Shown in pieces: positions 57,753-64,000 of a stretch of 64,000 nt of DNA. Made by a program: the position numbers and the translations under genes. Under the pieces are notes generated by a model. That model ran no database searches and was not told where the DNA came from. It was given only the letters and a program-made list of their open reading frames with translations. The stretch comes from a virus: the IMG/VR virus record IMGVR_UViG_3300032242_003075, positions 25,883 through 89,882 of that record; one strand, given 5' to 3'. How positions within the stretch are numbered: the first letter of the stretch is position 1; every line of letters begins with the position of its first letter.

Positions 57753-58223
57753 ATGAATCGATCGCTACGAAAAACAAGAGAATACGATGGAAACCGATAC
57801 CATGTAATTAGAGATTGCGTTCAGAACCAGGTGCCGTTCGTCATCTATAATTTTACAAGCTCAAAGCAGTACAATCAGGTTCTTAGCGACATAGATGCTT
57901 ACGGTAAGCTTTCCTACGTCATACAGGCCCTACACTCAATTGAACAATCAGGTTCTCGAATCAGACGAGTTTATCCAAGCCTGTTTGTCACCAATCATGG
58001 AACTGACGTAAGCAACGATAAATTTAAGGAAATCGTCAAGGGTTCAATTAAGCACTATTCGCTAGACTCGATAGTGTGTCTCTACGACGGTGCAGTATCG
58101 GTATTTTACAAAAATGGAGATCACCACCAGATCGGCGAGACAATATATAGTAGCCAAACTCCGCAAGATTTTCTGTCCGACTTTTACCAGATCGAAAGCA
58201 CCTATTACTGTTTCATAGCCTAA
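57753..58223 (+). CDS. Hypothetical protein
   Basis: ORF after a late-promoter motif. Confidence 0.6.
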   Translation: MNRSLRKTREYDGNRYHVIRDCVQNQVPFVIYNFTSSKQYNQVLSDIDAYGKLSYVIQALHSIEQSGSRIRRVYPSLFVTNHGTDVSNDKFKEIVKGSIKHYSLDSIVCLYDGAVSVFYKNGDHHQIGETIYSSQTPQDFLSDFYQIESTYYCFIA

Positions 58224-58249
58224 AACTTTAATGATCTCCGTGATACAAG
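58222..58249 (+). promoter_or_regulatory. Putative early/middle promoter AAAAC-N17-TACAAG
   Basis: Recurrent motif; implies the real start is ATG 58259. Confidence 0.5.
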
Positions 58250-58705
58250 ATGTTAATCATGGACGAAGTAACAAGATCACCAAAGCGAACGATTGCTGAA
58301 GTATTTAGGGAAAAACGTGAATCCTTTTCCGGAGAAATTTACGTTGGAATTAAGCTTCTGGAGAACATTCGAAAGATTCCGGAGGCTCAAGTCACCTTTT
58401 TAAGCTTAAGGCAGCGAATGCTAGAGGAAAATCACACCTTAATTGAGCATTTCACCCAATTAAAGAAGAGTTATAGGGAAAAAAAGGGAGAGGAATGGAT
58501 CGATGCTTCGACAAGCCGTCAAGTTCGTTATAATTCCACCGAAAAGAATACCATAGTCGATGGCAAGACCGCTGCGATCAAGGAAAAGATCGAACAGGTG
58601 GAGAACCAAATCGGGTTCTACGCTGAGTCAATAAAGACAATTGATGCCGTGCTATTTGGAATAAAGACTAGGTTGGACGTACAAAAGCTATTGGACGGTC
58701 ATTAA
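58250..58705 (+). CDS. UvsY-like recombination mediator
   Basis: About 150-aa helical protein next to uvsW, as in T4-like phages. Confidence 0.55.
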   Translation: MLIMDEVTRSPKRTIAEVFREKRESFSGEIYVGIKLLENIRKIPEAQVTFLSLRQRMLEENHTLIEHFTQLKKSYREKKGEEWIDASTSRQVRYNSTEKNTIVDGKTAAIKEKIEQVENQIGFYAESIKTIDAVLFGIKTRLDVQKLLDGH

Positions 58706-58722
58706 AAATAGCAACATGCTAA

Positions 58723-60273
58723 TTGTTAACTTTTTCAATTTCAAAGGACAAACTTCACCTTCAATTAATACACCACGACACTAAGGGCGAATTAAAGGAT
58801 CTGCAACTTCATTTCAGAAAGAGGCAAAGGGGATACCAGTTCAATCGTCTCTATAAACGAAAGTTATGGGACGGTTACGATCATTTTGTGATAATAGATG
58901 AACAAACTAAGATTCCAAAGATCGGTATTGGTCTTTGGCGAGAGCTTCTACACTTCGGCGAAAAGTACGATTACGAAATTCACATTGAGGATTTCGATTC
59001 TCTTTTCAACAAGGACTTTACCAAGGAAAAGTTAGATAAATTCACGTCAGTGATGCTTGACGGCTCGAACATTGAGGCTCGAGATTACCAATTAGAGGCA
59101 GTTTATCGAGCTCTAAAGTACAAGTTCTGTTCCCTTGAGCTTGCAACATCAGCCGGTAAGACTATCGTTTTTTACCTCTACCTAGCTTTCTTAAAACGTA
59201 AGGGCATTCTAAATAAGTCCGGTAAAAAGGCCCTAATTGTCGTTCCTAGAACAAGCCTTGTCGGTCAGACCGCCGAGAAATTCACGGATGATTACAACAC
59301 CGGCCTAATTAACTTTAACGTAATGACGATTGGCGGTAAAAACAAGTACAAGGACTCCGTGTTCGCTGAATCCGACATCGTCATTTCAACATACCAGAGC
59401 TTGATAAATCGGCCTGTTGAATTCTTTCGAGAATTTAGCATCATTTGCATCGACGAAACTCACACCTCGCGAGGAAATTCAGTCAGAACAATTTTAATTA
59501 ATGCGGTCAATGCCGAATATCGGTTAGGTTTATCAGGTACCATCAAGATAGAAGAAAATTATTCTGACTTCTTTAAGATCCAGGAATACCTTGGGCCGTT
59601 AAGCATGATGTTAAAGGCAAGTCACCTAATTGAAAACAATTACTCACCCGACGTTTACATTAAAATGGTTTACTTGGACTATCCAATGACCGAACCTTTC
59701 GTCAAGCAGTACATTGAACTTCGCGAACAGGGCCAAGGCGGTAAACACCTATACGAGTCGGAACGAGCGTTCATTGTATCATACGAACCCAGAATAGAAT
59801 TCATTTCTCGTTTTGTTAAGAAGCTTGGAGGTAATACTCTAGTCTTGTACATCAACGTTAAGGATGCATACGGCCAACGAATTTGCGAAAAGATCAAGGA
59901 ATGGAACGATCAAGTTTACTACATCGACGGTGGAGTCGACATAACTGAACGTGATGATTACCAACGAATAATGGAAGCTAATTCAGGAATCGTTCTGGTG
60001 GCCTCGTACGGTACATTTTCGACCGGAATTGATCTCCGTAATGTCAATCACATCATCTTGGCCGAAAGTTATAAGTCCGAGGTGACAATTCGACAATCAA
60101 TAGGTCGAGGTATGAGAGGTTTGAAGGGCAAGATTAAGGTGACGATCTACGATTTAATAGACGACCTTAAGGGTTACATTGTGAACCACGGTCAAGCCAG
60201 GGAAAAGATATACGTTGAACAACAGTTCATCGTGTCAAAGCATCGCTTTGACCTTACTAAGTTAGCAGATTAA
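58723..60273 (+). CDS. uvsW: UvsW-like SF2 helicase
   Basis: WDG, RDYQ..AV, ATSAGKT, STYQS, DETH, GLSGT, STGI, RQSIGRG.R. Confidence 0.92.
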   Translation: MLTFSISKDKLHLQLIHHDTKGELKDLQLHFRKRQRGYQFNRLYKRKLWDGYDHFVIIDEQTKIPKIGIGLWRELLHFGEKYDYEIHIEDFDSLFNKDFTKEKLDKFTSVMLDGSNIEARDYQLEAVYRALKYKFCSLELATSAGKTIVFYLYLAFLKRKGILNKSGKKALIVVPRTSLVGQTAEKFTDDYNTGLINFNVMTIGGKNKYKDSVFAESDIVISTYQSLINRPVEFFREFSIICIDETHTSRGNSVRTILINAVNAEYRLGLSGTIKIEENYSDFFKIQEYLGPLSMMLKASHLIENNYSPDVYIKMVYLDYPMTEPFVKQYIELREQGQGGKHLYESERAFIVSYEPRIEFISRFVKKLGGNTLVLYINVKDAYGQRICEKIKEWNDQVYYIDGGVDITERDDYQRIMEANSGIVLVASYGTFSTGIDLRNVNHIILAESYKSEVTIRQSIGRGMRGLKGKIKVTIYDLIDDLKGYIVNHGQAREKIYVEQQFIVSKHRFDLTKLAD

Positions 60274-61076
60274 TACTCTCCATTAACTATGCGATCCACC
60301 GCCCACTCGTGAAAGATGTTGCTAGCATCGTTCCTAAATTCCATAATTCTTTCAATGAAGCCGACCATGTCCGATCTCCACTGGCTCAGCTCAGCTAAAT
60401 TTTCATCAACTAGTTGCTTTATTTCATCAATTGTCTTGAGCAAATCTTTCATTATTTCAGGGTCGTTGGCTAGACCCATTCGACTAAGTCTTTCATGTTC
60501 CGGGCTGTTTACCCTTGCGACCATCATCTCATAATCATCGGCCTCCTGTAATATCAGATCGTCATGGCAACCTGAATCTATGTATTCTCTAATGCCGTCC
60601 ATCCAGTACTCGTAATTGTGCTTTGGGCATATCAGCAACCAACCTCCGCTTCTGCCTCCCCATGCCACTTTAGCGATCCATTCGTTATTATCAGCGACCT
60701 CATAGGTAAAAAACTCCCGTTCCTCGGCCAGGAATAGCGAAACTAGCCTTTCTATCTCATCCTCAGTTAAGTCTTCATCCGACAGCTCAACCTCGGTTCT
60801 TAACTTTTCAACGTCCGGCCAAAATGGAACCTTTGCATCTATTGAAAAATGATCCCTGTGCACCATGTCAATCTCACGATTCCAATTGAAATCTGATTGG
60901 ATGCTAACCCATGCATTTTCCAGTTCAAGTATTTTTGCCGATACGGGTTTACTCCAATTGTATTGACTGAAACATTGTTCAAACTCCTGATAAACATAAG
61001 GCTTAGCTATTATGCGGCTTTCGTTTACCGTTTTTTTACCATGTTTGATCTTTAAGTATTCCGAGAAGGTAAGCAT
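60270..61076 (-). CDS. Hypothetical, putative head-internal protein
   Basis: MLTFSEYL...VNES leader; GGRSGGWL; ERLSRMGL. Confidence 0.6.
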   Translation of the reverse strand: MLTFSEYLKIKHGKKTVNESRIIAKPYVYQEFEQCFSQYNWSKPVSAKILELENAWVSIQSDFNWNREIDMVHRDHFSIDAKVPFWPDVEKLRTEVELSDEDLTEDEIERLVSLFLAEEREFFTYEVADNNEWIAKVAWGGRSGGWLLICPKHNYEYWMDGIREYIDSGCHDDLILQEADDYEMMVARVNSPEHERLSRMGLANDPEIMKDLLKTIDEIKQLVDENLAELSQWRSDMVGFIERIMEFRNDASNIFHEWAVDRIVNGEY

Positions 61077-61081
61077 TTTAA

Positions 61082-61696
61082 TTAAATCGATATTTTTGAT
61101 GCGATGACCACACCAAGTATGAGCTTGGTGTAAATGAGCTTAAAGTGAAAGTACGTTAGTATGACCCTAAAATCTGATCTGCTTAATTTCACTATTCCTT
61201 TACCTGACTGTAACTTGTTGAGGTTATTTATCAGCCTTGAGATGGTTGAGGTCGACCTACCTCCAATTAAGTTCTGTAAAACTTCGCTAAAAGTTTCCCT
61301 GCTTATTGAATTGGTGCCGTCACTAATCCTAGCGAGCCATTCATCCGTCTCAACTGAAACTTCTCTTTTTAGGATGATGTCCTCACTCCTTAGTCCATCG
61401 TCCAACCTTTTTGACATCCGGTCAAGATCCTCGACCTGATCAGCGATTTCACTGATCCAGATCAGGTCCTGCCTGTGCATGTATATTATTGCATTCATTG
61501 GATCCTGACGGTACTTAAAATCGATAACGTCGTTTGATTTTTCCATGAATGTCGGATTGTATTCCTCATCTAACTCGATCGCGGCTGTTTTAGAGGATGA
61601 AATTTTCATGTCAAAATCGTTATTGAAAGGAAAATTTATCATGAAAGGATAGTTTCGATTAATTCTTTCCCTATCTGTCGTAATTTCTTTTATCAT
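61082..61696 (-). CDS. Hypothetical protein
   Basis: ORF in the - strand cluster. Confidence 0.55.
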   Translation of the reverse strand: MIKEITTDRERINRNYPFMINFPFNNDFDMKISSSKTAAIELDEEYNPTFMEKSNDVIDFKYRQDPMNAIIYMHRQDLIWISEIADQVEDLDRMSKRLDDGLRSEDIILKREVSVETDEWLARISDGTNSISRETFSEVLQNLIGGRSTSTISRLINNLNKLQSGKGIVKLSRSDFRVILTYFHFKLIYTKLILGVVIASKISI

Positions 61697-61718
61697 CTTA
61701 TGTTAATGTACTTTTAAT

Positions 61719-63173
61719 TTATGATCGGATCTTCCTTACCTGATCAAGCCTTCGGATTGCAAACTGTCTAACTCTCTTAACTTTTTCAGTTTTGGCCAAT
61801 TTTTCCAAGACTTCAATTGGTGTGCTTTTATTACTAACTATAGTATCTCTAACTTGGACATAATCATCCGATGCCAATGCTGTCAGTATTTCAGCTGGGG
61901 TTTTTGGATTGCTTGCGACCGCTACTCTAACGTCCTTATCCATGTCGTTTGCTAGGCCGACGAAGTTTTCGTTTGATAACCTGTGACTACTGGCAGCAAT
62001 TGACCGAATTTCCCAATCCGGATCATCGGCCATTCGTGTTAAAACCGATTGCGGCACGTTAGCTGTTTGATCCATTGCGATATCCCTCAAGTATTCCTCA
62101 ATTGACTTGGCTAGGCCCATCCTAACTAACCTATCGTGTGACTCCTGGTCCCAAGCTTCGTCCAAGGAGTCGTCCTTTCGTCTTCTGTTTAACCTAGTCG
62201 CTTGCCTAACGTCGTCATCTGGGTCAACCGCTAACTGGTCAACTATGCTTTCTGGAGTGTTTGGGTTTAGCGCAACATGCTCTCGAACTTCGCTTGAGTC
62301 ATCTTTTGATAACTGCACCAATGCTTCAATAGGGCAGCTTAGATTACTTGCTACTTCTCTTCTAATTAGGTATTTCATGTCATTCGATAGTTTAATCAAG
62401 GTTTCTAACCCGGCGTTGGTCCTCTTAGCAACAGCTAGTCTAACCATGCCGCTCTCGTCATCGGCTAATCTGGCTAATGTTTCTCCAGATACGGCCGGAT
62501 GGTTCACAACCTTAACCTTAGTTGACCAGTCATCTCGATGCGCAATCAGTAGGTCCAAGACCCCAGTAGGTACTGGTGCCTTTGAATCATTATCTAGATC
62601 TATTTCCCAATCAGCAAGAGGTTTTAACAGTCCCATTTTAATCATTCTTTGAGTATCCTCTAAGCCCAATTCCTCAAACACCTCAGGTTGCTTACCTTTA
62701 TGAAGCTTAATTGCAGCTAACGTGTTAATGGCCTCAGCTTGAATGAATCGGTCATCATCCTTGGTTAATTTACTTAAAATTGGTTCTGGCGTTCTGCGAT
62801 TCTGTGCAACAATGTATCTGACTGAAGCACTATCATCATTGGATAGTTTAACTAATATGTCTATTGGTACCTTTGGGTTAGCAACGACGCAGTATCTAAC
62901 GTCCGGGTCGGTGTCATCCGCTAGCTCAAAAAGAGTCTCAATCGGACTGTTTTTATTTTGTGCGACAATTGCTCTAATTTCCCAGTTTGATCTCTTAGCT
63001 AATTGGGCCAAGACGATTGTTGGAATGTCAAGATTAAGATAATCGCTTTCATAGTCACCCAATAGGTCAGTTAGTTTATCTTCCCAGTCTTCAACTGACT
63101 TGGCTAGGCCCATCCTAACTAACCTATCATGTGACTCCTGGTCCCAGCTCTCGAATAATTTAACGTATTTCAT
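61719..63173 (-). CDS. HEAT/LRV-like repeat protein composed of three fused units
   Basis: About 24-aa repeats VR..VA.N..TP...L..LA.D; three RMGL/KMGL leader segments. Confidence 0.8.
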   Translation of the reverse strand: MKYVKLFESWDQESHDRLVRMGLAKSVEDWEDKLTDLLGDYESDYLNLDIPTIVLAQLAKRSNWEIRAIVAQNKNSPIETLFELADDTDPDVRYCVVANPKVPIDILVKLSNDDSASVRYIVAQNRRTPEPILSKLTKDDDRFIQAEAINTLAAIKLHKGKQPEVFEELGLEDTQRMIKMGLLKPLADWEIDLDNDSKAPVPTGVLDLLIAHRDDWSTKVKVVNHPAVSGETLARLADDESGMVRLAVAKRTNAGLETLIKLSNDMKYLIRREVASNLSCPIEALVQLSKDDSSEVREHVALNPNTPESIVDQLAVDPDDDVRQATRLNRRRKDDSLDEAWDQESHDRLVRMGLAKSIEEYLRDIAMDQTANVPQSVLTRMADDPDWEIRSIAASSHRLSNENFVGLANDMDKDVRVAVASNPKTPAEILTALASDDYVQVRDTIVSNKSTPIEVLEKLAKTEKVKRVRQFAIRRLDQVRKIRS

Positions 63174-63670
63174 CTATCGATTTCTTCTATTTAAGTTAGC
63201 AGTTGCCAGCTGCCTAATGTCCAAGTCTTTGCCTCTGGCTAACATTTCAAGAGCCTCAGTCGAGGTGTTCGGATTCTGGGCAACCATCCATCTAACTGAC
63301 GCTGTCTTGTCTACCGAAAGTCGGTCGAGAGCCTTAGTTGAGGTGTGACGATTCTGGGCAACATTCATCCTAACTGTCCAATAATCGTCATTCGCAAGTC
63401 GGTCAAGCGTCTCAATTGAGGTGTTCTGATTCTTTGCAACTGACAATCTAATGTTTGGAGTTTTGCCCTTGGCCAACTCGGCTAGAATCTCAGATGGAAT
63501 ATTAGCTCTGAATGGATCATCATATAGTTCTATCACGTACTCCTTGATCGACTTGACTAGGCCCATTTTGGCCAACATATTATATGACTCCTGGTCCCAG
63601 CTCTCGAATAATTTAACGTATTTCATCTATCGATTTCTTCTATTTAAGTTAGCAGTTGCCAGCTGCCTAA
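63132..63670. repeat. Identical 86-bp direct repeat (63132-63217 and 63585-63670) spanning gene junctions
   Basis: Read base by base; period 453 bp. A further 51-bp pair with 1 mismatch lies at 62103-62153 and 63096-63146. Confidence 0.9.
63174..63626 (-). CDS. HEAT/LRV-like repeat protein (single unit)
   Basis: MKYVKLFESWDQES leader + repeats. Confidence 0.8.
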   Translation of the reverse strand: MKYVKLFESWDQESYNMLAKMGLVKSIKEYVIELYDDPFRANIPSEILAELAKGKTPNIRLSVAKNQNTSIETLDRLANDDYWTVRMNVAQNRHTSTKALDRLSVDKTASVRWMVAQNPNTSTEALEMLARGKDLDIRQLATANLNRRNR

Positions 63671-64000
63671 CTTCCGAGTCTTTGTCCCCAGCTAGTCGTT
63701 CAAGCGTCTCAGTTGAGGTGTTCGGATTCTGGGCAACTGCCAGTTTAATGTACGACATCTCGTCATTCGCAAGTCGGTCAAGAGTCTTAACTGGAGTGTG
63801 TATATTCTTTGCAACTGACCATCTAATGTACGGTTGCTTGTCCTTGGCTAACTCGTCTAGGATCTCAGGAGGAATATCAGCATAATATAAGTTATCTCGA
63901 AGTTCTTCCTCGTACTCCTCGATCGACTTGACTAGGCCCATTTTGGCCAACCTATTATGGGCCTCACGGTCCCAATGTTCAAATATTTTAATGTATTTCA
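63627..64000 (-). CDS. HEAT/LRV-like repeat protein (single unit; start at window edge)
   Basis: Frame stays open to the edge: (M)KYIKIFEHWDREAHNRLAKMGL...; the A of the ATG would be at 64001. Confidence 0.8.
   Translation of the reverse strand, partial: KYIKIFEHWDREAHNRLAKMGLVKSIEEYEEELRDNLYYADIPPEILDELAKDKQPYIRWSVAKNIHTPVKTLDRLANDEMSYIKLAVAQNPNTSTETLERLAGDKDSEVRQLATANLNRRNR

Noticed and set aside
47969-61076. RLxRMGL as a UBA domain (MGF loop)
   Set aside because: Only the first helix and loop resemble UBA; the following helices are not conserved between carriers
1-64000. Genome-wide TAG recoding (genetic code 15, as in Lak-type phages)
   Set aside because: Core and structural genes are full length under the standard code, and TAG ends the gp46-like gene at its expected C-terminus
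1-64000. tRNA, rRNA or CRISPR array
   Set aside because: Intergenic gaps are short; no cloverleaf or repeat-spacer pattern was seen by eye (tRNAscan not run)
61719-64000. Diversity-generating retroelement target/template pair
   Set aside because: Differences between repeats are not adenine-specific and no reverse transcriptase is in the window; tandem duplication explains the pattern

Overview
This window is the core of a large T4-like (myovirus-type) jumbo phage genome read in the standard genetic code. The host is probably Bacteroidota, inferred from A-rich leaders without Shine-Dalgarno sequences and from NrdJ, GroEL and exonuclease types. The + strand carries mostly replication, recombination and nucleotide genes: GroEL/GroES, an S1-domain protein, class II RNR, gp32-like SSB, RNase H/FEN, dUTPase, the N-terminal half of a split family-B DNA polymerase, UvsX, gp41 helicase, gp47/gp46, a T4 gp42-like dCMP hydroxymethylase-family enzyme, dCMP deaminase, a T5 A1-like protein, UvsY and UvsW. 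The - strand carries mostly virion genes: sheath, tube, major capsid, protease-scaffold, baseplate and many small putative head proteins. Main points of interest: (1) uvsX is fractured by a naturally split intein with a free-standing endonuclease between the halves. (2) About 18 unrelated proteins share a motif resembling the T4 internal-protein capsid-targeting/cleavage signal, and a subset also shares a second short motif, RLxRMGL. (3) At the right end, an expanding tandem array of leader + HEAT/LRV-repeat cassettes is visibly fusing into a protease-cleavable polyprotein. (4) A scaffold gene appears nested inside the prohead protease gene. (5) A degenerate SET domain lies between gp47 and gp46. 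(6) A HAD + kinase + ligase-like operon could be an RNA repair system. (7) Two promoter classes are readable from the sequence. No tRNA, rRNA or CRISPR array was seen. All family calls come from motif recognition by eye; no database searches were run.
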